DNA of 53,087 nucleotides, the filler included, from Bipalium vagum (Eukaryota): the NCBI GenBank assembly GCA_037834085.1. It is 3 parts of 3 records of this genome, joined end to end, with 100 filler letters (N's around TTAATTAATTAA, not from the genome) between each part and the next. Parts side by side here need not be neighbours in the genome. Positions count along the whole stretch, not along the records: positions 1 to 16,712 come from JBBMKC010091510.1; positions 16,813 to 34,657 come from JBBMKC010048994.1; 1 more part is not named here. One strand, given 5' to 3'. The notes under the pieces were generated by a model. That model was not told the DNA's origin. It searched no databases and worked only from the letters and a program-made list of their open reading frames with translations. Every line of letters starts with the position of its first letter. Within the stretch, counting starts at the first letter, position 1. The translations under genes and the position numbers were made by a program. This document shows positions 14,101-25,574 of the stretch, piece after piece.

Positions 14101-16250
14101 CCACAAATAGGACATTTTCTCTACTAAAAAGTCTGCTCATATGTAGTTTTTTCGAGGAAAAAAATTTTGAAAGCAGTTTTATTATCTCCCGTTCGTTTTC
14201 CAGAAGAAAATTACAGACACCAGAAAAAATATTATGATTATTATTCCTTAATCTTTATAATTTTCTTGTGATCAATAGTAAGTTCTTAATATCCTCAAAT
14301 CAGCTTTGAATACAGTTTTCAATTAATCATTTTCAAGCAGTACTTGACGACTGTTTTGTTTCTCAATTTCCAATCATATTCAAGTTTTGTTATGTAACGT
14401 TTTTTGTGCATGAGAAATTAAAAAAATATTCTTATCCTATCAATTTTCAAGTACAACCAAAGATTATAATTAATCCTTGATATGTCCACCATAGTTTTTT
14501 TTCCAGTTATTATTATTAATACGTTAGAGTCGTTAATGATAAAAATCTATAATGATATGAAAGTTTTGAGCTCAATGATAGTATCAGAATAAATATGAAA
14601 GCCCAAAATTGTATGTACACAAGAAGATAATTCCCGCTCCTCTTTAATGCTCTTAAAATATTAATATTAAAACTTAAAATGTGTTCCTCTATTGATTTTT
14701 ATAAATTAATATTTGTGTATTATTTCCATTTTTGTACTTTTATTATTGGTAAAGTAAAGCTGACTTAAACTATTAATAAATAAAATTTTCCATTTTTCCA
14801 TTATTTGTTGAGAACGTTCAATTTTATTCACCCTCAAGGACGAGAATCATTTCTCGCAGCTTGAAACAAGCTTAGCTCTGCATCATTTCCCAATGAAGAA
14901 ATTAAAGTTAAAGATAAAACAATACTTTCATTGTTTCCAATAAATATGTAAATTTTTATATTTCTCTTGACAAAAGATCAATTAATCTCTCAGAGAAGGA
15001 TGAAATATGTCAGCTTTGTAAATTTCTATAATTAATATAAATGATGGCTCAACAAATTTTGTATTAAAATTAATTTTTCTTACAATAAAACTTTTATCTC
15101 TTCACGTTTCCGCAGTAGTGAAAATTTTTTCAAAATTTATTGTTGCCATAGGACTTTTTTTTCTTAATACTTTTTAATTAATTTTTTTTATTTTAATTTT
15201 AATTTTTATAATATTTTATTTTTATTAAATTTATCGATTATCGACTTATGGAAAAATAATTAATTAATTGATTTTAAAATTTAAGAAAAATCACATTTTT
15301 TTGAAGGCTGATAAAAAACGGATTTTACAACCCTTACACGTCACATCAAAAGAAATCTGTTTTCCGGAATATTATTTTACAATTATTGATTTATATATTT
15401 TTAATAATTTTATTTTATATTTTTTTTAATAATAACACGTGACTGTATTAACAAATTTGTTTTCTATTTAGAGTATTTGTCTGTGGTCCGGTTGCGATGA
15501 TAAGACACATCGAACCCCGTTACCTCTACTAAATCACGTCAATGAACAACACTGTAACAACGTTGCTTTAGAGGCTGCTAGACAGTTAAGACTGGCAAGT
15601 GAAAATGAGAAGACGGTTGTATCGGGTACGGATAATGCTCTGCCAGTTGTAGAAACGATATCATCATCCAAACTAATAAATATCAGCAAAAACAGCTCCA
15701 TTTCGAAAATATCATCTTCTGGTACCGAAATTTCTAGTGCATCAGTTTCGTCCCAATTAGTAACACAACCACAGATTTCCCAAATACTAAATAATCATAA
15801 CCTTCAGCCAGTAACGATTACATCTTCTATACAACTTCCCATGTTTCATCAAGTTAAAAAGGAGCCAAAGCTTTCCTTAACGCCAGAATCAATTTGCACA
15901 GTACCCAAAGTTATTGGGACTATATCTGATATCATATCGACCCCAATAGCAACTGTTCAACTTACTACACAGAATGAGTTATCTTCTTCCAATAATACTT
16001 CAATATCACAAATCAAAGAATCTAATGCCATTACTCAAATTTTATCAAAATTAAAACCTCAAACTTCTGTGACATTAACGAGTCCTTTGCCATCTAATAT
16101 TCCTTCAAATTCTTGTGATCCTGTAAAACCGGTAGAATCCATTCAATCCTCAAAACCATTGTTGAAAGAAGGTCCCGTTACAAAGCACATTAGAGTGTTA
16201 TCAGCCTTAATTTTGAGAAATCTCTGCAAACATTCTGGTACAGCAAGAAG
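457..16250 (+). CDS. ARID2: ARID2/BAF200-like PBAF subunit, partial multi-exon gene; exons 457-506, 555-621, 672-1010, 6962-7151, 7203-7521, 7622-8316, 8431-8674, 11368-11624, 12708-13218, 15472-16250
   Basis: All ten exons are GT-AG bounded and phase-consistent, giving about 1150 open codons. DKEGQRIQLVATIIRNLAFDKSN..CIRFILLC resembles ARID2 [30 protein letters not shown]. Also present: RFX-like FVKSWLLNNY..EFHKLVRLLFP, C2H2 fingers YICEWDNC..HVYTNH and ICLWSGC..HVNEQHC, and C-terminal EGPVTKHIRVLSALILRNL (human EGPITKHIRLTAALILKNI). Comparisons are from recalled family sequence, not a search. Confidence 0.93.
672..1010 (+). CDS. ARID2: ARID2 exon, ARM-like (BAF250-like) region
   Basis: tttag|AT acceptor at 671 and G|gtaagc donor at 1011; encodes EGQRIQLVATIIRNLAF...SEDRIDRLRG. 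Confidence 0.9.
1040..1410 (-). mobile_element. mariner transposase N-terminal (HTH) fragment, decayed
   Basis: Minus strand reads IRFCIIHEFKLHHNASEL..VSERSIQKYFQRFKAGDFNIEN..KELADEL with stops. Confidence 0.75.
2077..2133. repeat. (ATT)n microsatellite; similar tracts at about 16813-16890, 32354-32392 and 35320-35348
   Basis: Direct reading of the sequence. Confidence 0.9.
2356..3539 (-). mobile_element. Near full-length decayed mariner element with TIRs
   Basis: TIRs ttaggttgacaagaaagttcgtgcgcttt and aaagcgcaggaactttcttgccaaccaa; motifs NDEKWVVYDNV and HPAYSTDLSPTDYHFF; about 1.18 kb. Confidence 0.9.
6345..6833 (+). mobile_element. mariner transposase C-terminal part (D34D) plus 3' end
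   Basis: ORF 6353-6757 GIVHYEL..FYHDNTRPH..HPPYSPDLAPSDYHLF with 34 residues between the catalytic D residues; TIR-like end ..aactttttagactatccaa|ta. Confidence 0.9.
6962..7521 (+). CDS. ARID2: ARID2 exons 6962-7151 and 7203-7521, end of ARM-like region, split by a 51-nt intron
   Basis: LEITSCLC..HDLHILVLALEVIYGLSE..TLYTLLNLEAQVLG resembles ARID2 MEILGNLC..PDVLLVISTLEVLYMLTE..LVCLVSMDIQMFG; the intron gtagaa..tttag contains an in-frame TAG. Confidence 0.88.
7622..8674 (+). CDS. ARID2: ARID2 exons 7622-8316 and 8431-8674: Ser/Thr-rich linker and RFX-type winged-helix domain
   Basis: Phase-2 intron CG|gtaaat..aag|A joins FHKLVR to LLFPQVQLIQLFTPRGTVEIHYYNLK. Confidence 0.88.
9277..10222 (+). 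mobile_element. Merlin (ISXO2/IS1595-like) DNA transposon, decayed
   Basis: 15-bp TIR ggatcatgttttttt / aaaaaaacatgatcc; degenerate 8-bp TSD aaaatctg / aaaatcgt; frameshifted peptides LWIVGIVD..FLKLVGDK, SVIMSA*WRAYSQL and ADRETSAHRQRFESIWRKLK resemble ISXO2-like motifs (WVFGG, SDxWRAY, DPxTGAHTQxIESxW). Confidence 0.8.
10687..10812. repeat. Tandem repeat, 32-bp unit, about 4 copies
   Basis: ctggttctgcggttgatctgtggactattacg units start at 10687, 10719, 10751 and 10783. Confidence 0.95.
10805..11021. repeat. Cluster of three inverted repeats (hairpins)
   Basis: 10829-10841 pairs with 10888-10900 (13 bp perfect) around 10850-10863/10872-10885 (13 of 14); 10936-10951 pairs with 10955-10971 (16 bp, one bulge); 11003-11009 pairs with 11015-11021. 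Confidence 0.9.
12708..13218 (+). CDS. ARID2: ARID2 exon with first C2H2 zinc finger
   Basis: ttag|C acceptor and CAG|gtgaga donor; YICEWDNCLQSFDKPQKVYGHVYTNH. Confidence 0.88.
13339..14027 (-). mobile_element. Internally deleted mariner element with TIRs
   Basis: TA-flanked TIRs ttggattgtcggttaattt and aaattaaccgacaaccaaa; remnant QNDHFLYILLFYKQK resembles a mariner N-terminus. Confidence 0.8.
15472..16250 (+). CDS. ARID2: ARID2 exon with second C2H2 finger and conserved C-terminal helix
   Basis: tttag|AGT acceptor and AG|gtatga donor; SICLWSGCDDKTHRTPLPLLNHVNEQHC and EGPVTKHIRVLSALILRNLCKHSGTARR. Confidence 0.9.
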
Positions 16251-16341
16251 GTATGATTCTTGATCCATTTTATATTTACTTCACAAAGATGTATTTGTAA
16301 AGACATTCTTTAGATAAAAAGATCATGGAGTAGGAATAATA

Positions 16342-16712
16342 TTAGGTTGGAAACAAAGTTTTCGCACTATTTTTATTACGAATTATTTCATTGAAAATAT
16401 AACAAAAATAAAATAAAACAATTCATCAAAAGTCCCATATCAGTCAATAATGTAGTCACCGTTGTTCTCCAATACTTCTTTCCAACGATGGGGTAGATCG
16501 TGAATGCCTTTCTTGTAAAATTCCATTGGCTTGTTAGCAAAGAAATTTCCAACTGCAGTTTTCAATTCTTTATCAGTTCTACACTCTTTTTCTTTCAGGA
16601 AGTTCTGCAGCTCCCGGAATAAATGATAATCTTAAGGCGCTAGGTCGGGTGAGTATGGTGGGTGAGGCAAAACTTCCCATTTCAACTGCAAAAGTTTTTG
16701 ATGGGTGAGGTT
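16342..16712 (-). mobile_element. mariner 3' part, truncated by the assembly gap
   Basis: TIR ta|ttaggttggaaacaaagttttcgcac; QKLLQLKWEVLPHPPYSPDLAP*DYHLF..EFYKKGIHDLPHRWKEVLENNGDYIID*. Confidence 0.92.
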
Positions 16713-16812
16713 NNNNNNNNNNNNNNNNNNNNNNNNNNNNNNNNNNNNNNNNNNNNTTAATTAATTAANNNNNNNNNNNNNNNNNNNNNNNNNNNNNNNN
16801 NNNNNNNNNNNN
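16713..16812. other. Assembly gap with artificial spacer (N44-TTAATTAATTAA-N44)
   Basis: Exactly 100 nt; the 12-mer gives stops in all six frames; same structure at 34658-34757. Confidence 0.95.
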
Positions 16813-16815
16813 ATT

Positions 16816-16855
<40 letters not shown>

Positions 16856-17039
16856 TTAATAATAATATTATTAATAATATTAATAATATTAAGTCTCTTA
16901 AATAAAGTGGACCAAGTTAAGAGCTTAACGGTTAGAATGTTAGATATACCCACTTCTTTAGCAACCTCTCAAATTATAATTCAACAGTTTTCTAAAATAA
17001 AATTTTCTTCACTTCTTCCATAAGGTAAACGATGAAATA

Positions 17040-17410
17040 AAGACTTGCACTCAAGACATTGTATACATAATGATTGCACAAAACAATATTCAGAAAGTAA
17101 TTTTTGAAAAGTTTCAGGTCTAGATACAGTGCATAATAATTTAAGAAGTCTAAATTACGACTTGAAAACTCCAAAGTAATTTTTGAAAAGTTTCAGGTCT
17201 AGATACAGTGCATAATAATTTAAGAAGTCTAAATTACGACTTGAAAACTCCGAAGCTGATCCCAGAGAAAAGAAATTATTCCGAAACAATTAAACTTTGA
17301 AAACAAAAGGCATTACTGTTTGATACGTTGTGTGACTAATTTTCCGACTCTAAGATTTATTTGTAGATGAAGTTGGGTTCAACTTGTCCATTAGCGTTAC
17401 ACGACTTTTT
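17040..17410 (+). mobile_element. IS630/Tc1-superfamily transposase fragment, same family as 29640-30352
   Basis: Shares tacagtgcataataatttaagaa..ttgaaaa..aagctgatcccagaga with 29827-29891; ends near FVDEVGFN (first catalytic D). Confidence 0.7.
17094..17251. repeat. Perfect 79-bp tandem duplication
   Basis: 17094-17172 is identical to 17173-17251. Confidence 0.93.
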
Positions 17411-18099
17411 GATCAACCCATACACATATGTTAATACCTTAGATTTTAGAGAAAGTGCAAATGAATATCTAATTATTTTATTAGTAAAATTTTTAATTTT
17501 TTTAATGTGAATTCTTTTTGAATTTATGAGTAGTTTTAACAAGCAGCTTATGCTAAGATGATATAAAGGTATTAATTATAGCATTTAAAATTATTATTAA
17601 TTATTTGAAAATATGGTCTGGCGCTCTGGCTTCCGAGAGATCTCTATAACAGAGATAATTATAAATAAAATTTTAATACGTCAATAGTGGTTAACAAGCA
17701 TGAGTGAATTCGTTTTAAATTATTTATAATCCCTTGGACTATTGGGAATTGAATAATATTGACATTAGGTAAATAATTATTGAAATGGTTCCTAAGTAAA
17801 TGTGAAACATTCAATATTGTTCTTTTAGATGATAAAAGTTATACTAGTCTCGGTTCTGTAAAATATTATTTTAAATACGAATTTTGGTCGATTTATTTTG
17901 TTTAAATTAATTTCCGTCGTTGAAAATAAAAAGCGGTATTTATAAATTAATATATTCTTGAAAGGTGAAACTTACAGTAAGTTATGTATTTATCATACTT
18001 AATTAAAAATTAAGAATAAAGTCTAGTTTATGATATAATTTTATCACATTTTAGTCTTAAAATGTGAAACGAAAAAAACAGTATATTTTGACGTGTTCT

Positions 18100-19018
18100 G
18101 TTACATTATTTCTATATGAAATAAACTGTATAGGAAGACTTTAGAATATTGTTGGAGACTTATGGTCATTCTTCATGTCAGAAAGAACGTGCAAAGAATA
18201 TTTTCTGAGATTCAAAAGTAGCGATTATGATGTTGATGATAAGCTAAGCCCAGGTCACCCTAAAAAGTTAAACGATGCCAATTTGTGGAGCATTATTTGA
18301 GGTTGACTTAACTCTGACTATCAAAGAATATGAAAAAAAATTGATGTATTTCCTGCAACTGCTTCAAACTTTATGCTTGAAATGGTGAAGATCCAAATGG
18401 AAGGAAAATGGGTTCCATAAGATTTGACAAAATGAAATTGAAAATAGCTTCAACACTGAGTCACATTGCTTTCCGGACTCATAAAGAAATTTTAACTATG
18501 GCGAATAATAACTGCAGATAAAATATGAATTTGGAGGAATCTAGGTGTTACTTATTCTATCACCAAATGAGACCACCACAGAAGGTCAATACGAACAGTG
18601 ACTAATTATATTAAATATAGAAATTATGCTAAAATGACCTTTATTATGCAGCTATAGGCACAAAGTAATTCTACTGCATGACAATGCACGACAACACATC
18701 CAAAAGTGTGTAAAAGAAACACTTATGGTTGGATTGGAAAGTCCTACCGCATATAGTCTACAAACTATAACCATAACTAAAAGGAAATGAATTCTAAAAA
18801 ATAAATCGGTCACTAAATAGGGAAAAAAGCTCCTTAGTACCGTGACATTTAAGATATATTGACTTCTCAGTAACAATATGTCCGATTATCTCACTTCATC
18901 AGAGAATTATACTTAGAACAATGATAAAAAATATCGTAAAATGATAGTTTAATAAACGGATAGCAGAAAGGAAATTGATATTTTTGCAGTGGTACGAATT
19001 TTCATTCAATTAACCTAG
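18100..19018 (+). mobile_element. Decayed mariner element
   Basis: Remnants LLETYG, PGHPKK, GKWVP*DL, WRIITAD, KVILLHDNARQH; TIR-like end ..gaattttcattcaattaaccta. Confidence 0.8.
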
Positions 19019-19869
19019 TAATGATTTTATCTGTCCGAGCTTCAGTTTCAAAACTTATTTCAGTGTACTTGCGTATGACATTGAGTTATCATTTTGTCCT
19101 CGCAGGAGTTTTAAAATAATTGAAAATGGTTATTAGAGATTTTCTTCTTTAGATATTGAATTTTTTTGCCTGAGTGACAGAAGAGAAAATTATTTTTTTA
19201 TTTTCCGGATAAGGTGTCTAGTTCTAGGAACTTCCCATCTGATTGGGTAGAATAAAATGTAAATACTTCTTTCAGAATCTGAGATGGTCTTGATAGAGTT
19301 GATTGTCAAAATTTGATAATATCATTGGTGAGTCACATAGTTATTCTTTTCTGGAATTGTGTACAGCTCCCTGTCGAATTTTGAAAATCAATGAGTGCTT
19401 TTCGTGGGACCCAGACTGAAGTTAGAAAATACATAATATTAGATGATTAGTAACTTATTCGATTTTTTAAAATAACTATTTTCCTAATTTATTAGATGTC
19501 ATTTATGCTATTTTATGTTATCATTTTAAAACTTTTACCATATATTAAATGATCTATTTTTTTGTAAAGTTAAGTAGTACTTAAAGACATTTTTGGGAGC
19601 ATTGTGATAAAAAAGTGAGTTGTTACTAATGTGAATTGGATAGCTAGTTTAGAAACGCTGATATTTAGTAGTAGTATTTGAGACATTTATTGATTGATTG
19701 TTGCTGTTTTGTAGTAATTACAATGAATTACAATGTATTAATTCAATGAAGGTTTTAGAATTACGAGTTTGTTAATTAAATTGCTTAAATAGCAAAATCG
19801 TAACTTTTACACCGAATTCAAATATAAGATGTTGAGGTCAGATCATACAAGCTTGGTTAATCTAAAATA

Positions 19870-20420
19870 CAGTGGAGGTTGGATAATCCAGATTTGTCAT
19901 ACCCATACAGTTTCAAGTAATTTTTTGAAATTTAGAATTTTATTATTTGTTCAATTAGACTAATTCTGATCTTTGTCTATTTCGGAACAAAAACTCGATA
20001 GACTGCCAATCGATTTTTAATTTAATAACAAAGCTTGGATGACTTTAGAAATATTTATTGTATACTAAGACAATTTGATTTTCAAATTTAAAATCAGAAA
20101 AGAAAGATTGCACTATTTCTGTATTATAAGGCTCATCCTCAGTTAATATCACTAGAGAAAAGTGAAATTTTTTCTTTTACCGGCATATTCAACATCCAAA
20201 AAGCAACCTTTGTAAACATGACTTATTTCTTCCATAAAGTGTTGATCTCGTAAATATTTATTAAATCGAAAGTTACTCTGCTTTGAAAGGAAAATCGAAT
20301 TCTATTTTAATTTTCTGTATTGCCTTTATTAAAAATCTCTTGGGAAACTTGTTAAATACAAACTATGTAAAATTATTTTGGACAGGTCCAGTTTCATGAT
20401 ATATCGAATAAGAATAACCA
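19870..20420 (+). mobile_element. pogo/Tigger-like element remnant (DDE_1)
   Basis: ta|cagtggaggttggataatcc terminus; LPIDF*FNNKAWMTLEIF, KIALFL, AHP, STSKKQPL. Confidence 0.7.
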
Positions 20421-22199
20421 AGATGGGTATTAGCTTGATGAAACACATTCAATTGGAAAGGTTGAAAAGCATTTTTTTTTATTATTTTTGATTTCTAACT
20501 GTTAATTCAGGTATTTATGCAATTGTAAATCACGTCATACTTCGATATAACTTCAACTCTTGCTAAAGAATTTTTTGGTTGTTATGCAATCCATTTTTTA
20601 TCATTATTCCTTTAAGCTGTAGTAAAAAAATATAAGTTTATTTATCATAGAATGAGAAAGTTTAATGAAGTTTATAACTATCATTCACATCTTTGGTCTA
20701 ATACGAGTCTTCTTAATCACACAACCTAGTTTGTTATAATTAATTTTTACTTTATTGATCAATAGTGCTAATCAGATCACACTACCATTTTTTATATAAT
20801 ACATATTCATTATGTACTTTTCAATTTTTTAAAAAATATTTTCAAACTTAACCATATTTTAAGATACCATTTTGTGTAACATTTGTCTTTTTCTAGAAAT
20901 AAGAATTTTCTTCAGTTTATACCCTATGGTTTTCTATGAAAAGTGTTCAGGTGGATCATCATTTTACTCGGATATAATTTTCGAAGTTGAGATCTAATTC
21001 TGGAACTGCTTTCTCACATGTTATTTAGGAAAGATTTAATGTCTCCTTATATTCTAGTAAAATTTTTTTATTTGACTGATTTTTTAAAAATGTAAAAAAA
21101 TTATAATATAAAACTCAACATTTTCTTAAAAATAATTAATTATTATAAAATATTACAATATATACAATACGCCAAAAAAAATCCGTTCACTATTAAAAAA
21201 AGACAACTTTTTAAAAAACATTCATTAATAATTAATAAAGTCAAATTTCTTAGGCAATTCGTTATTGTCAATTACGACTTGGCATCTGCACATAGTAAGA
21301 ATGTTTTTATCATCACCATTGGTTGTCTTTTTCTTTCCCTACTAACCTTGCGTTTTTAATTTGAAAATTATATGAAATCTTTCAAAAACTTAGCAATTGA
21401 GGACTAAACTTTCCTAATTTTTTGATAAATTTGATAATTCCATGAAAGTCGAACTAGTAAGTACTGCCAACTTTATACATAATACTTGTCATATTAAAAA
21501 ACATAATAAAATATTTATTAAACATCAACATAATTCCTAATTAATTAAAAGACAAATATTCACATTGTATAATATATAATGTTAATAAATATATATTATG
21601 GTAAAAATTTTGATATTTTATATTTATATGAATAAAAAGTTCAGAAATACATAATATGCAAAGTGTGTATGTAGTTCTCGTATCATAGCATTAATATCCT
21701 ACGTAAAATAAATGCTAAAATATAATTCTTATTATTTTTAATCTTTGGAACTCATAATAAAAATTGTTTAAGTGAATACAAACTCTTCAAAAATCTAATT
21801 CTTATTCATTATTTATTTAATTAAAAAGATTAGTTACGGTCTTATTAAATCCTTGTCTTGAAATTACGTATATATATTTTATATAAATTAATTCACATTT
21901 CCAGTATACAGTGTGTTTAAAAATGTAACACAAAATTGTATCCCTTAAAATTATTTTTATTACTATACACGGAAGAAAAAAACAAAGAAAACTGTCAAAG
22001 AAAGTATTCGAAGTGTCATTCATCGGTTGGGCTTTTAAACGATTTTTCTATGGTTAAAGTTTAATTTGAATCCTTCTAAATGAAATGATCACTCGACCCC
22101 TTATAAATAAAAATAAAAAATAATTTCATTAACTCTTACTTATAGTTTTGGTTTAAAATATGTGTGCAAATAAAGTTGATCAATCTATACCATCATTTA

Positions 22200-23472
22200 C
22201 AGTTCAAAACGAAATCTTAAAAGACAAAAATGGAAACCATAATGAAAATTGTTTAAATATAAATAAAAAAATTGGATATTTAATTTATAAATAACAAATT
22301 TGGAAAAGGATAAAACCATAATAAAACTCAATAAATATACGAACCAATATAGAAGATGCATAATTGGTGCATATCAAAATAATTGCGACTGGAAGGGGTT
22401 TTGTTCAGTAATGAAAATTAACAAAAACATTGCCTATTGGAGGATTCGTGAAGGTAAGGAAAAGAATAATTATTGCATCATTATATACAATTAAAGTACA
22501 TAAGAAATATCCAAAAAAGATGAACAAAATTAATAAAAAAGACACCGAATATTTTAACTGCATTATTGAATTGGATTGAAACGGATTGCCAGAGTACTCT
22601 CACGGAGTGTGTACAGAAAATTTAAGAATAATTCAATGTCGATGTTTGTCAAAATACTATAAAAAATTGGTTAGATGAGAAGACAACCGTCCAAACTATA
22701 AATTCCCAAGTAAATGAGGGAGAAAATATAATTATTTAAATAATTTGTTAACCAGCTGATGAGAGACGTAATTTGGATAAATGATACAAATTTTAATTTG
22801 TTCGTTAAGCGAAAAGCGGCAGTTCGAAAATTTGCTGCCGATCCATATGTTATTGCGTTAAACTAAAAGGGATCGAATTTACATTGCATAGCTGCATGTC
22901 ATCTGCAAGACTGTTGAATTTACAATGTAAACGAGGCTCTTATAAAGGAAAAGTTTGCAAGATGTGATTCAGGCAATTGAGATCTTGAATGCAACACAGA
23001 AGACATTATGTCACTCACATTTGTTATTGACAATGCTCATGTGCATAGTCAGTTGGAGATGACTGTTAAAGAAAACAAAAATGTTAAATTTATTCGTTTG
23101 CCACCATAATTTTACTTGTTGAACCCAATAGAACCCAATTGAACCCAATTTTTTAGGCTGTAGTGAAGAATAAACTTCATGAAGAAATGCCAAATTTGAT
23201 GGCATATAGGACAATAATTGGTGGACTATTGGCAGCAGAATTCTGAATGAATTGAATTGAAAGAATTGCCTGTTTCGCAAAAGAAACTTTGTCCACTAAA
23301 AATTGATAGGATTTACCAAGAACATAGAACAATATTATTCTTCTGTACTTTAATTGAAATGCCTTGTTGAAGATTGATAATAAAGTTGTGGACTTTTGTT
23401 TTGAATTTTATATAAAATTGGTATTGTGTGTATTATTTATTTGTATAATTTCATAAGTTTCATTTTGGACTG
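22200..23472 (+). mobile_element. IS630/Tc1-superfamily element, about 1.27 kb, decayed, with TIRs
   Basis: ta|cagttcaaaacgaaatctta and taagtttcattttggactg|ta; remnants WINDTNFNLFVKRK, KGSNLHCIAA, DNAHVHS, FIRLPP..LLNPIE. Confidence 0.82.
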
Positions 23473-23559
23473 TAAATATTATAAAGCTGAATAAACTTTG
23501 TTAAAGTATTCTGATAAAGTTAGGAGATCATTAAAAAAAAGTTTGTTGTAGAATAAAAA

Positions 23560-23850
23560 TTGCTTTATCTGTAATTAATTCAGCTGAGCTGTTTCAAAGA
23601 TTCCGTGAAAAAAATTGACAATAAATGGTCCGCTTTTAAGGAGAATTAGTTTAAATGTATCGAAAAAGCAAATAAATGTGATTTGAGAACATCAACGGAT
23701 TGGTTGGATAAATTTAAGAGGTGGCATGTTATTAGTTGGACTGTTTGGTGTGGAGAGATGAAATTAGCGGATATTTTCCAGACTGAAAGCATCTGAAAAA
23801 ACATGATAGACAAAACTGGTTTATACTACAGGTCAATCAGGTATAAGCGT
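23560..23850 (+). mobile_element. pogo/Tigger CENP-B-type HTH fragment
   Basis: NGPLLRR..STDWLDKFKRWH and DKTGLYYR (cf. DETGLFY). Confidence 0.65.
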
Positions 23851-25574
23851 TAATATATCAATGTCGCTTTTAAGATTTTTTACAATTTGGGTGAATTGAA
23901 AATGCAGTACATGTCACAAATCTTGAAACTCATATTATTAAGAGTAGGTTCATAATTGATTTATGAAAAGAACATGGAATAAAAGTAAAAAAATAAGCGT
24001 TATTTGATTAAAAATAACTTTGAAATAGTTTTTCTTTGGACATTTTTTTCTATTTTTAATTTTATTTTTCTCAATCAATATATAACACGTTTTTGTGTCA
24101 ACTTCGAGTTTAGGCCATTTTTGAAATTTTGTGATCCAAAATAGAAGTTTGGATCACACCATAATATCGATACCCATATGGTTCTTAGAAACATCTTATC
24201 TTATTGATATCTTTAAATATTATTTGCTGAGATATCTAAACTTTTAGAATTTTTTTATTAACTGTTTTTCGGAAAATCTTATTGAAGATCAGGAATTTCT
24301 GGAACTACTTCAAAGATGAATTTAAGATATTCACAAATAAATTAGTAATTTTAAAGAATGGAGTTTCTATTATATTAGCATATAATATGATTTAGTATAT
24401 ACATATATGCTTTTCGTTAGTATAACATAAGTCAGTTGCAATAATCCAGATTATTTTATGATTGATTCAAAATTGTTAGAAAACGAAATGATCAAAACTT
24501 CTAAAGATAATTGATAGATGGTTCAAATTTAGTATGATCACTCAGCATAAAAATTTTAAATATCACAAAAACTGTTTATTTACAAAATTAAAACAAAATA
24601 ATTAATTGATTAATAAGGAATTATAAAATTAATCACTTATTATTTTAAAATTATGATATGTTTTGATTGCCAAAGATTTTTTTAAATTCTATTTTTACTA
24701 ATGTTACTATTGTATAATTTCGAATATTAATTCTGAATAAAAAGAATATAACAATCTTAACTATAAAATAAATTCTAATACAAAGATATGAGGTTTTTAA
24801 TTTTCAGAAATATTATAAACTGTCAAAATAAAAAGCTTTTATTAAAAAACAATTTAATGATTTAATTAATATAAAAAAATAAAATAAAAATTGAAATAAT
24901 TTTATGATAGAAAAACCAATTGATGGGGGTTTCAAAATAATTTTATCATGGTAATCATTGAAGAATTAAAAGTTAAAGGATTTTATGTAGTGTTAATTAT
25001 AAATTTTCATATTATTCAAGCCCGTCAATCTAGTACTTCACTATCAGGTCAGATTTAAATAAAATATTATATATTTTCATTTAATCTAAGTGAAATAAAA
25101 TAATACAGTAGTTTTACAAGTAATTATCGATCTAGAAAAGAATCATACAACATTTGTCTGAGAATTCAAGAAAATATTGATGCATTTGAATAATATAATC
25201 TCCAGAGGATGAATTAGAAATATATAATAATAAATTTTGACTCTGCTGAAAGACTAATATCCAGAAAAGTTTGTAAATTGATATATCAGGTCATTATTAT
25301 TTTGCTCTAGTAGTAATTTTTTTTAGGAAAATAACCGAACAAATATTCATTATTTGACGATCCTAAGTGCAAAATTACCCAAACAAAATCAAAAACATCA
25401 ACCTTAAAATTTGTTTAACTTTCGGTAAGGTAATAATTTTCTTTGGACATCATTTCACTACATACTTATTAAATTAATAAATTTTACAAAAAAAAATAAA
25501 CGTAAAAAATCAATAAAATTGCAAAAAAAACAGCTTTCTCCACGAAAAGTGGATATTTTTGTTTTACTTGGAAA

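Noticed and set aside
16757-16768. TTAATTAATTAA as a biological motif or piggyBac target
   Set aside because: It is centred in exactly 44+44 Ns twice, so it is an assembly spacer.
19345-19400. Candidate ARID2 terminal exon (cag|C TCC CTG TCG AAT TTT GAA AAT CAA TGA)
   Set aside because: Stops after 9 codons and lacks the conserved terminal helix.
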